Position numbers and translations under genes: made by a program. Below are positions 49,688 through 61,200 of a stretch of DNA of 64,000 nucleotides, piece by piece (positions within the stretch are counted from its first letter, which is position 1; each line of letters opens with the position of its first letter). The stretch is from Coniocarpon cinnabarinum. Taxonomy: Eukaryota. Location: contig JAVECO010000016.1 of assembly GCA_051942205.1 (NCBI GenBank), positions 124,001-188,000 on the forward strand, written 5' to 3'. The notes below the pieces were generated by a model that did no database searches, had not been told where the DNA came from, and saw only the letters and a program-made list of their open reading frames with translations.

Positions 49688-52371
49688 ATGTCTGGTGGTC
49701 TACACGAGAGGAATCGTGCCCCTTATGCACCGCAAGACCCTACCCAGATCGCGGATTGCCTCGAGCACATGAAGGTTAGTATCCAAGGAATTTCTTCAGG
49801 CGTATCTTCAATTTAGTGGAGATATCACTCTTGAAAGCAACCGTCGCAAGCGGTATACAGCTTGTTGTAGAACCCTTGCCAGAGGCGGGCTTGATATCAA
49901 TTCCTAAGGCTGATCTCTCCGTTTGAGAATTTCTGCTGACAAGCCATTAGGGTGGTAGCAAGCAAAAGGGCGCTCGCTACAAGAGTCGGACTTATGCAGT
50001 GTCTGACGGCTCCGGTCGCACCGTAGAGTCCTGGAAGCTGAATGAATGGGACTACAAGAAGTCTTTCCTCCCAACGTATGCACGTGGTCTGTTCACACAT
50101 CAGAACAACCGCAAGCCCGAAATTGCAGCTCGCGGGTACGACAAGTTTTTTAACGTTGACGAAGTCCGATCCACGGAGTGGAAAAACATTGAGACCAATA
50201 CTCGAGGTCCTTACGAACTCAGTGTCAAAGAAAACGGCTGCATTATCTTCATCGCCGCCCTCGACAACGACAGTCTTCTAGTAGCCAGCAAGCATTCCAC
50301 TGGAGATCAGAACAATGAAGGCGCGAACCATTCCATGGCTGGCGAAGCCTGGCTAGACAGACAACTCGGTGCCATCGGGAAGACCAGGGCGGACCTGGCT
50401 AAGCGACTGAGAAGCATGAACGCAACTGCAGTTGCTGAGCTCTGCGATGATGAGTTTGAAGAGCACGTGCTAGAGTATAAGCCAGAAGCTGCCGGCCTAT
50501 ACCTCCATGGCATAAACTTAAATCTGCCAGACTTTGCTACATACTCTGGCACCCTCACTGACACATTTGCGGACGAGTGGGGCTTTCGAAAGGTCATGTA
50601 TGTTGTCAAACACGACATCCGTGAAGTTCGATCGTTCCTTGAGCAAGTCGGCGAAACCGGTCACTACAACGGTCGAGACACAGAAGGCTTTGTGGTTCGA
50701 TGCCAAAAGCGAGAGGCGCAAGATGGTCTTTGGCAAGACTGGTTCTTCAAGTACAAGTTTGAGGAGCCATACTTGATGTATCGACAGTGGCGTGAAGTGA
50801 CCAAGGCTATCATCAATTCAAAGGCTCCTCGGTACAAGAAACATAAACAGATCACTCAGCAATATATCCTCTACGCACGACGCCAGCTTGCAAAGAATCC
50901 AGAGCTTGGCAAGCGTTTCAATCAGAATCACGGTATCATTGCGATGCGAGAAGGCTTTCTCATGGAGCAGGGTTTGCGTGGCTCCGACATTATCCGCAAT
51001 GAAGAAGAGGGTGGCATCGCAGACTCGGACGTAACACACAATGTCGTACTCGTTCCCATTGCTACAATCGGATGCGGCAAAACCACGGTGGCCCTGGCTC
51101 TGACAAAACTCTTCGGTTGGGGCCACGTACAGAATGACAATATTACAGGAAAGGGCAATCGCGCGAATCGATTTGCCATTGCCTGCACAACAGCTATGAC
51201 GAGCGCGCCAGTACTCATTGCAGATCGCAACAACCATCAACGACGTGAGCGCGATCAAATCATTGCAGACATCAAGAAGATTGTCGATGATGCGAAATTC
51301 GTCGGACTGCATTGGGTCCACGACCGTGGCAACTACAGGGACATTCAAAAGGCCATGCGCAATCGCATCTTCTCACGTGGAGACAACCATCAGACAATTC
51401 ATGCTGGAAGTAAGAGTGAGACAGAGATCGTTGGAATCATGGATGGCTTCATGAAGCGCTTCGAGCCATGTGATACAAAGCGCAGTCCGGACGATCAATT
51501 CGATCTCGTCCTCAACCTGGACCCCACGGTCGACTCTCGGGACAACCTCTTTACAGTCGTACATGGACTCCATGCGGAGTTCCCCAAGCTCTTCGAGATG
51601 CCATCAGAAGAAGAGATGGACGCGGCTATTGAGTGGGCGCTTTCAGACTATAAGCCTGAACTAAAACATGATCTCTCGTCCAGCAAACAGGTGAAGCAGG
51701 AGCAAAAATTTCAGCGCAAGCAAGACAAGAAGCAGACGGCTGTGGCGAATGGTCCTGGCAAATCGAAACCCACACGAATTGAATACTTTCAGATCGCCTT
51801 ACCCCCCGACCGAGTCATTTCGATTGTTGACGCCGTTTTCAAAGACGCAGATGCAGAGACCAAAAAGTTCTACACTCAACTTTGCAACACACGGCGCATC
51901 CAGCAAGCCTTCCACGTGACTTTGATACATCGTGCGTCCATTGCAGAAAATCAAGATTATTGGAACAGCCTTTCGGCATTGTGGACTCGCAAGCAGGCTG
52001 AGGCAAAGACATCACAGGACGGAACGAACGGCCCCAGATCATGGTCTGCTGCAGATACAGATCCGAGTAGCATCACAGAGCCAATACCGCAGCTGGACCT
52101 GGGCACCTCTCGAGTGCAGCTTGAGCGGGTTGTATGGGACGATCGAGTCATGGCGATCCTTGTTCGACTCCCAGATGCTGCTCATAACGGCTTCAGGACT
52201 ACAAATCAAATGGCCCACGTAACTGTGGGTACTGCCGGTGAGCATATCAAGCCGAAGGAGGCCGGTGATTTGCTGGTTGCTTGGGAGAATGGGACTCGAG
52301 CTGCGAAAGACGTGAGGGTCAAGGGCAATGTGGTGTTGGATGGTATCGTTAGAGGCGTAGTGAGTCGGTAG
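49688..52371 (+). CDS. TRL1: Fungal tRNA ligase (adenylyltransferase + kinase + cyclic phosphodiesterase); intron 49775-49950
   Basis: SWKLNEWDY, ARGYDKFFN, motif I KENG, EGFVVR, FFKYKFEEPYLMYRQWRE, P-loop ATIGCGKTT, and two HxT motifs (FHVTL, AHVTVGT). Confidence 0.96.
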
Positions 52372-52816
52372 TCAGAGAAGGCGAAATGTACGAATAAGCG
52401 TGGCCTGGCATCGTAGGCGTTCGGGCTTGTTTCTAGCAACGAAGGCAAAGACACCCCCCTTTTTGCAACGTATCTAGCTAGCTTCATGAGAAACCACTCC
52501 GTTTTTGGCAGCTTTGTCATTTCAATGGTGTCTTCGGATCGTGTGGTGTATTGACATTCGCTCCGAGCTATTCACGTCGTAACTGTGCATCAGCAATAGG
52601 CGCATATGTCTGAATGCCCGCTCTCATGAATTCAACCATTATAGGTGTCTTGATGGTAATGTGTCTTCGTCAGTACACCGAGACAGAACAGACCATGCTC
52701 GCATCCTAATGTTAGCCGACGCTGCACGCAGACAAGAGCCTCCGAGCTGTACCTCTGGGGCCTTATTCATGCTCGTGTAGCGCACCACGAGGGTTTCCAG
52801 TTCTTACGGAAGACCT

Positions 52817-55800
52817 TTAGTTGGCGATACCCTTGCTAATTATCTTCCTGACGCAAACCGCTCCCGCAAGCACATTATAGTCATCCCAGTTGGAGACCGT
52901 GTCAGATCCCTCGTAATCACATACGCCGCATACGAGAATGCACTGCTGGTCCTCCATAGCTTCTGCAGCTCCGGACTGGATGTGTAGCTTTGCGTGCTCC
53001 TTTTTGGATTCATCGTTGACGTTCATTTCGCGAGCGGGCTCCTTGAACGATGTAACCAGACCAAAATGAATCGAAGGCTCCGCAAGAGCTGTGGTAGAGA
53101 GACGCCGTGTTACATCCTCGACTTCGTCATCAGCAGTAGCTGTCACTTCATGTGTTCGAGCTTGCTGGCGATGCTGTGTCTCAAGCTCGGGGTGTCTAGA
53201 TAATATTGCACCGATATCCTCGCTGAGTGATCCGATATTTGATGTCTCCTCAGGTTGTAGCAAATTGATTGACATCTGAACAATCCTGGGCAAAACTGAA
53301 GCAATCTTGTCACGAAGCCCGTATGTAGCTTGCATGTGAGAGTAGAGCTTGTCCAAGCCGCTAGAGCGACGATCAAGACTTGGGCCACACGCAATGACAT
53401 CGCCTGAGTGGATGTCGTTCTCTTTACTGAGAGAAGTGGTCGCGGGACAAACCAGAAACGTGACTTTGACAGATGTGAATGAACGCCTCATGTCAGCAGC
53501 TGCAGATGACCAAGAAACCTTCCCATAGAGGTCTGGAAGAGGGCGGACGACCACCACGTGGAGACCGGAGATCGTCCCAAACATGTAAGAGTTGTCATCG
53601 TCCGTAGGAATCGGTATTGGGGTTTCATGTTCCTCGTCAAAGCATGCACGTGCAGCTTCCCATTCTGAATCTAGGCAGCACATCCAACCCACTGTATATG
53701 CGGCCGGTTCCGTTGGATCCGCGGAAGGGGTGAGTCGCAGAGCACGCTCTTTGTGACCCTTCTTGAGGGACTGAACACGATGACCTCCAATGTGGGCGAC
53801 TCCAAATTCCACGAGCAGGTCTATCATTCTTTGATCACCTAGACCTATGGCATATGCAAGCACTCGCGACTTGACTTCATCGGCGATGTTACTGCCGAAC
53901 GGCCTTGCATCGTGCTCCAGAAGAAGCCTTGTCAATGTTTCGTTACGTGCAGCCACTGTCAATGAGAGGGGTCTTTGGCCTGCGTTGTCCACTTGGCCAA
54001 TGAGAGAACCATGTTCGAGAAGTGTCTTTGCGCACGACTCATCGCCACTCTGAATCGCAACAAATAAGTGTGATCGGCCTCTGTCATCGAGACAGTTGGC
54101 ACTTGCCCCGCGACGAAGCAGTTCCTCAAGAACCTCAACGTTCTTCACTGAAGCCGCGACATGGATTGGTTGCCTTTGATGATTGTCCGTGCAATGAATG
54201 CTGGCCCCACCCTGGACAATGAGGTCCACAGAGAAAGAATCTCCAGCGTCGATGGCTTCAACCAGAGGCGAACGACCCTCGTTGTCGACTACATTCACCT
54301 CGGCGCCATTCTCTAGTAGTAATGTCACAGTTTTCGTCGCTTTTGACTTCAAAGCTGCTTGTAGCAACGTTTGACCGTGATCATTTCTGGTATCGATGTC
54401 CGCACCCTTGGCGAGCAACACTTTAAACGCAGCTTCAGACCGGCCCTCGATAGCCAAGAAGAGGCTGTCGTCGGTGACACTCACAGAATGCTGGGTCAGG
54501 AGGTATACCAGGCTGACGTGGCCACATTTGATTGCTAATTCCAAGGCCAAATCTAACTCGTGCTGTGATAAGCTTTTTGACGCCAGGAACTTTTCCATGG
54601 TATCCGAGTCTCCATTTTCGACGGCATACTGGAATGGTGTCTTGTTATTGCAATCCAGTATTCGTACGTCGCACTGATAGCTTAAGAGAATTTGTACGAT
54701 ATTTGCATGTCGCTCTAGGACTGCATAATGGCAAGCCGTACGCTTGCTCTCGTCTTTTTCATTAATCATCTCCGCGCCTGTCTCTCCTGAGAAGCCCGAT
54801 TGCAGAAATTTCGTCACGAATTGCGCATGACCTCGTCTAGAGGCAACATGCAACGGTGTCTGGTCCCTCCCATCAAATTTCCGGGGCTGACGAAACGCTG
54901 TGAACTCTTCCCAGTGCCTTTGTTCAACAGTGACCCCGGCCCACGCCATGATATCTAATGCTGAAGATCGCAAGGTATATTGATCCAGTTTGCTGGGGCT
55001 CTGAGAGTCAAGAACGAACGCCAGTTGGCCGATGGCTTCAACGTGCTTGTGGTCTTTCATAAGAGTAGCGAAAGTTGCAGAAGATTCACTGTCTTGAAAC
55101 GTAGAGATCGACTGCCTATGGTGATAGCCCCAATACTGTACTGCATAAGACAAGAACGGGTAGTCGGCCAGTCTTTGAGCGAGCCTCTTTTGATTATTGC
55201 ACTTTCCATTTTCAAGTATGCAGGAAGAGAGAAGTCTCAAGCAGACGTTGATCATTGTATCATTCGGTGGACGATTTGAGTGATCATCGAGCCATTCGCG
55301 AACCATTTCTCTTGCCAGAACACTAGTGAATGTGACGGCAGATGTAGGTTCATCCGTTACGAGCAGATCGCCATAGACTTCGAAGATTTCGCCGATCTCG
55401 TCCTTAATTGGCCGTGTTCGGTCTTCATTGTGGAAAGATATGCCGATGTCGACGGCATGCGTTAGCTCTTCACGAGATAGTAGTCGAGCAGAGCATAGCT
55501 TGAGTTCAAAGCAGATGACAGCTTTTCCGTGAGCACGACCTGATGTTTCTGAGGCTTTCTCGAGGGCGGTGTTATGGTAAGACTTCACCATGGGAGGTGG
55601 ACATTGTAGTCCTTGGTGAGTGTGGCGGTCATCGACAGCTTGCCTAAGTCGTCCGAGTGCAGCCTCAGCGAGTATGAACCTTAACGCCACGAGTCAGATA
55701 AAGCTGTACATAGAGCAGGAAATCTTACCTTCCCCTTGCTTGTTGCACAACACTTTTGATGATTCTAGATTGCAACATCTCATCTTGATCCTGAAATAGT

Positions 55801-57223
55801 AACGCAACAGAGTCTGTCACAAAGTTTTGCAGGTCCAAACGCAGTTCCGTGATGTCGATTGCATCAAATAAAGGAAAGCCAACTGGTAAATTCGGAGGGC
55901 TAAGGCTTGTGGTCAGTAAAGCCGCCCCTGATGACTCTATTAACCTCAATAGCTGCGAAAGTCTCTCATTTTGCGTGTCTGAGCATTCATCAAGCCCTTC
56001 AAGCACAATATAGATACGTTCGAATTGCGTAATCGTCCTCTCCAGAACCGAGAGTAGTTGTGATATACCCAGTTCTGAGCTGTGCCCCGAGGCCTGTTGC
56101 AGGTCATTGTACGCATCCAATGGGCGCCTGGCTTTCAAATAGAGCTGATATAGGAGAACTTTAACGACGTCTTCGACAGTTGCAGCGTCGCTCATTTGAA
56201 AGTAGTAGAAGGCCACTGCTTGACCTTCGCACGATTCAAGGCTTGTGATCAAGAGATCCAGAGCTTGTGATCTAAGCGAAAGTGAGCTAAGCAGACCGCT
56301 AGTCAGCAAGGATGCACTACTCACACCAGTGTTGACTTTCCGCATCCTGCGGGGCCGTAGCATCGTAGCAAACTGCTAATAGAGGCTCCAGAAACCCATT
56401 TCCTGTATGCAGCGGAGTTGATGAGCCAACTGCCGCCGCCAGCGGGCGTAGCATCTCTCAATTTCCTATGGAACTTCAAGTTTCTCTGGAAATGATCCCC
56501 TGGTAAGCTCAACTCGATCGATCTCATCTTCGAACGCTGGTCACCGCTATCCTCAGGAAGATATGCATGAAATTGTTTTGAGAGCTCAAGATAGCTAGAT
56601 GACGGGTCTCAGTCGTATCGCACTTCTTGTTGAGGAATGCAAGGATCTCTCACCGTGCGCGGAGAATGGCTTCATTGGCTTCAAGAGCGATGTTGAGGCC
56701 TTCCAGCTTCAACTTCAACCCTGCAACCCGGGTCGAAGATGATGTTGGGAGACGTGAGGAGTCATCATGCTCCGCACCGAGAGGTATGAGATTTCCCGAG
56801 ACCCGTTTTTCGCGGCCTTGCGTTTGAGCTCCGAGTGCACTGATCTTAGATGTTAGTACCGAAGCTTCGCCCAAGACATTCCCTGCACACCTCAAAACAT
56901 GCGCCTTGAGCAAGATGAAGAACCAAATGATGCAGTTGCACATACCTCAGCACTTTTTGAAGCAAGCTTTCTGTTCCGTTCAACTCTGTTTGAAAACAGT
57001 TCGTGACGGGGAGCGTTTGACTCTCTACCCATACTTCTATATTCTGGAGAAGGTTTCGGACTTTTGTCGTCGTTAGCATCAACCGTCTGCGTTCGAGAGG
57101 GATCGGGGAACCATCTATGGGCCGAGTTTGTCTCAGAATCGAGTGGATTTGCAGCGCAGATATCTGAAGGTTAGCCACCCTCGAATCAAGAGGTATTCCT
57201 CGCTTCAACGAAGTCGACATCAT
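52817..57223 (-). CDS. NLR-like protein: N-terminal helical region, NACHT, ~11 ankyrin repeats, C-terminal PNP_UDP (nucleoside phosphorylase)-like domain; 5 exons
   Basis: Walker A LLRCYGPAGCGKSTL, VAFYYF, Walker B IYIVLEGLDEC, PFLSYAVQYWGYH, ANK repeats (QTPLHVAS..GH etc.), then YTVGWMCCLDSE..DDNSYMFGTI..YGKVS. Four GT-AG introns join all ORFs in frame. Confidence 0.85.
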
Positions 57224-57903
57224 GGGAGTCGACCAAAGCTTTCACTTTAAGCCGATGATTGGCTTGTTACTGAGATTTGTGTGAAACCAGTCAGCAGAAT
57301 ATGGGAATCAACATCCAGGTTGAATCATCATTTGACTTTGCGGGATGATACGAATAGTTCGATGTGGGGCCTGAACCTGCGCAGAGACCTAGCTCTTGCG
57401 TCGTATCGTCTGGCGTCTTCACTGCACTACTCTGTAAGCCGTGCTGTCAAGAGCAACACGCAAACTTCAGCGTCGCCGGACGACTCTACCAGCGACTCTA
57501 ATAAAACTGATTGCGATCCAGTAGAAAGGCATACGGGTCACATAAAAACTGAGTATCGAACGAGACTCAGCCTCGCGGCTACAGATGGATAATTATGATG
57601 ATCGAAGCACGTGATTCATCGGATCGATACGGCTGTGCGATGACTTGAGCGCATAAATCCGCGAACACCAATTTTGGGCCGGTTGGGGCTGAAACATCAT
57701 CCCATGTTTGCCACAGCCATAGCTAACCGTGTTGCTTTTGAACCCGTCGGCTAGTGATACCAGCGCATATTATCGCTCATCATGTTCTGCCTGGGCTCAA
57801 GTAATACCTGACTGCGTATGCCATCCCTTGATCGTGTATGTGGATGCTCTCTTGAGTAGACGCAATACAGGGCCATGAAAACAGACCAAGCCAGAGCGTT
57901 GCA

Positions 57904-58141
57904 CAGCGTGGTCAATGGTTCGGTTGGGCTCGGTTACTACGGTTTAGTAGCGCACGCTGCCACAACGACTAAGAGCAAGAGCCGAGCTGATATCGTAATA
58001 GTTTGCTATAACCAAACCAGCAATAACTAGCAAATTTTGGTCTAGACTAGTTATTGTTTAGTGGTGTGCGCTACCAAAACTGATAAGAGCAAGAACCAAG
58101 CCGATATCGTGACGTTAAGAACCAAACCACTGACCACACTG
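57904..58141. mobile_element. 238-bp non-autonomous hAT-type element (MITE)
   Basis: 22-bp imperfect TIRs: cagcgtggtcaatggttcggtt versus reverse complement cagtgtggtcagtggtttggtt. 8-bp TSD gcgttgca / gcgtcgca. Internal ~58-bp direct repeat. Confidence 0.85.
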
Positions 58142-58940
58142 GCGTCGCAAGAATAACGTGTCTGAGCAGAAGGGTCTTTATTAAATTAGTGAGCAGGCAG
58201 CGACATCTCTGGCAACTTCATGATCGCAGTTTTTAGGTTTGCCCGAGAGGTATCATCGCCTTCTTTCTTTTATTGTTGTAAACTTAGGCCAGACGCGACA
58301 TGCGCTTATCCTGCGAGAAAGTAATATTTACTTAGCGAGTACTCCTTAATAATTTTGCTTTGGTGTCCAGAGCTTGATGTATCGACAAACCTGTAGCTTG
58401 AGGCTTTATGTGTGTCATTAACATGGCTGGGGCAGTCATGGATTGAGCTTGAGTCGCGGGCGCGTAAAAGAAACAAACCCAAAGGCATCCCACGCATATC
58501 TTAGTTGAGTATTGGTAATTGCATAAGATTCGAGCATAATTTTATCTGGAACCTCGTCAAGAAGTCGACTTTAGCACTGATGCTGTTGACGAAGTTGTGA
58601 AAGTTGGATGATGTAATTTGATATTTACGCGGTTGCGCGTGTGCCACAATTAGCGACACCATACCTCGTGCGCATCTGGCTACAAGAGGTCACGTGACTT
58701 CTTCGCGTTTGAGAATGCTTCACCGCTTACCTACATCGGCAAATCATAGTGTATCACCTGATGAATCCCATCATAGCCACACTATCAATCTATCTATCGT
58801 ATCTACCGACAATATTAGCATGTGAAGAAAGCACAGCCTCTTCCAAATGCTCATATATAATTTGTCTTGGCATTTCTCGCCAAATAAGTGACCATATTGA
58901 ACAGCGCTCAGATCGCCGCTTCACTGTAAGCATGTAGTCC

Positions 58941-60161
58941 GTGACCACGCGCAGCACTGTCTCCTCTCTTTTCCTTGCCGGACCACTTTCTTCCAAGAAA
59001 GACGTAAAGCCTTGCGCATCAGCAGCTTGCTTTGACAGATCAATGCATGATTTGATGGAGATGCCATGTCCAGTCGCAAAGAGCGACGCAAGCAGTTCAC
59101 TTACAGAGCCGCCATCATATGATGAAGCGCCACAGTCTCATCGTAACGCAAACTTCTCGACTCTCTCACAAAAGCCAGGAAACACAGACTCAGGCAAGTG
59201 TGGCGACAATGCAACCAGGATCACTCACCCATCCACTCCCCCACCAGCTTCTCGCCCAGACCAAGCGCCTTGGACGTTGGAGCGTTGGCCCAAGAAGTGG
59301 GCCTACTGTCAGCGCTGCACCAAATGGCACGCCACCACTTATCTCTTTACGCTTCACATCTCCAACATCTTTCGCAGCCGGCGTTGGTCATCCCCTCCTC
59401 CAAACCCAAAAGAACCGACACAACCTGATATCGTACTGCATTTGGGCCAAATTGGCTCGATTCCATGGTGGCAGTTGCACTCTGCCCGCAATTCAAAGGC
59501 GATTGAGTGTGTGAGATGGTGCTCCACGCTTGATAAGACGTGGCTAGTGGGTTGCTTTACGCGTTTTGTGGAGGGGCGAGTCTTGTTGAAGATGGTCTGC
59601 TATGCAGCTTTCTCTACCGAGGATCCTGAAGCTACTGCGAAGATCGCATGGATGCCTTGCTGCATCCACAGACGCGCGAACGTGCAAGCGCTCAGTTGCC
59701 TGTGCCGAGATACTTTTAAAACGGCGAGCGACCACCCTCATTTTGGCACAGAGAAAGCTGGACCACTGCAAGGCGTCTGGTCGAATGGACATCGTTGCGA
59801 GTACTGTCCAACTGAGCTTCGAGTCGGGATCGTGCCTAAGGTCTACAGCAAGTATCGCCCACCGCGCAAGGAGAAAGGGATGCAAACACTGATCGTGGCG
59901 TTTTGGATGGATGTCGGAGCCTGTGAAGATCCGAACGAGGTCGAATGGGGGGCTCTCTCCTCATCGTATCCCCACGAGTGGACAGAGAAGTATGGAGTTA
60001 AAGATAACTTTGCCGAGTTGGCGGGCATTTCGGCAAGGTTTGGGAGCAAGCCTGCGCCAATGCATCTGGGTTATCCGACACTTGGTCCTCAAGAACTTGA
60101 CTCCGTAAACACGAGTGAAAGCTGCACAGAAATGGAGAAGGCTTCTTTGATGGACTTCTGA
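58941..60161 (+). CDS. Fungal hypothetical Cys-rich protein (likely ATG ~59043)
   Basis: 406-codon intronless ORF with YCQRCTKWH, HRCEYCPTELRV and WMDVGACEDP..EW, a pattern I recall in fungal F-box-associated proteins. No F-box is evident. Confidence 0.65.
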   Translation: MTTRSTVSSLFLAGPLSSKKDVKPCASAACFDRSMHDLMEMPCPVAKSDASSSLTEPPSYDEAPQSHRNANFSTLSQKPGNTDSGKCGDNATRITHPSTPPPASRPDQAPWTLERWPKKWAYCQRCTKWHATTYLFTLHISNIFRSRRWSSPPPNPKEPTQPDIVLHLGQIGSIPWWQLHSARNSKAIECVRWCSTLDKTWLVGCFTRFVEGRVLLKMVCYAAFSTEDPEATAKIAWMPCCIHRRANVQALSCLCRDTFKTASDHPHFGTEKAGPLQGVWSNGHRCEYCPTELRVGIVPKVYSKYRPPRKEKGMQTLIVAFWMDVGACEDPNEVEWGALSSSYPHEWTEKYGVKDNFAELAGISARFGSKPAPMHLGYPTLGPQELDSVNTSESCTEMEKASLMDF

Positions 60162-61200
60162 AACAGGGGATACTTATGACGTACGATGGTCACGGGGTCG
60201 GACCTATGATTCTCGAGCATCTGATGTAGTCTCTTTGTCGAGCAAGAGAAGTCGCGCAAGCGAACAGTGCCAGTTACGGCGGACAGTTCTTCAAGTCTTT
60301 GAGTACAAAGTCCGCCCAGCGTGAAATCTGCTAAGGAGCGCAGCCACGACGAAGCTAACATATTGCTATCGCAAAAGTGGCAGGCATGGGCAGACAATGC
60401 TAAGTGTCGCAAGGCTCTGAGCAGCGAGAAAGCTTTTAATTGCGACATGAGCGCTGTCATAAGCCAGGATACTATTAGCGCATGACTTCTATGCTGATAT
60501 CAAAGTTTCACTCTTACTGTCTCCAGAAACAAAGGTCCATAGTTGATTTAATGAAGGCCTTGGTGCACATCTTCTCCAGTGGATAATATAGCAAACTTCC
60601 ACCTAGAGACGCCAGGGCTCGCCTAATTCTTTAAAATGAGAGCATGTCGTAAAAGCTGACTCCTTAAGAAGTAGCGTGGCATTTATCTCTCGCAGCCGAG
60701 ATCTCCACGTTCTTCTGCATCATTTTTCACACCCAACGCCATGTCGAGAAGCGGCTCGCAATCCAAGCGTTGATCAAGCCACTCCGTGCTTTAGACTCCT
60801 TGAGCTTGTTCCATGCCTTTCTTGGTCTTCTCAACATATATACATAACTTTCTTACGAGATGGGTCCATTTTTGCGGCCCTGAGCTTTTCAGTTGTGAAG
60901 GTCCTCACTGCAGCATCAGATTTGCTCCTCTGCCTATGACGGTCTGTTTCGGCCGGCGGACCGCTGTGATCTGCAATATGGTTCTGTGCCTGGTCTTCGT
61001 CTGTGTCGCGTTCCGTGTTCGCGACGACTGGGAGAGTACTCGCATTGGCATATGAGGAATCATGAGTATCAGAGCAGCTATTTTCCGCCTCACATTCACC
61101 AAGTTGGCCTTCTATGTCTCTCTTTCCAGGTCGAATATGTCTTTTCCTCCCACCAATTTTTTGGTCCCTGTGACGGATTCTGTGGGCTATGGGGTAGAGA

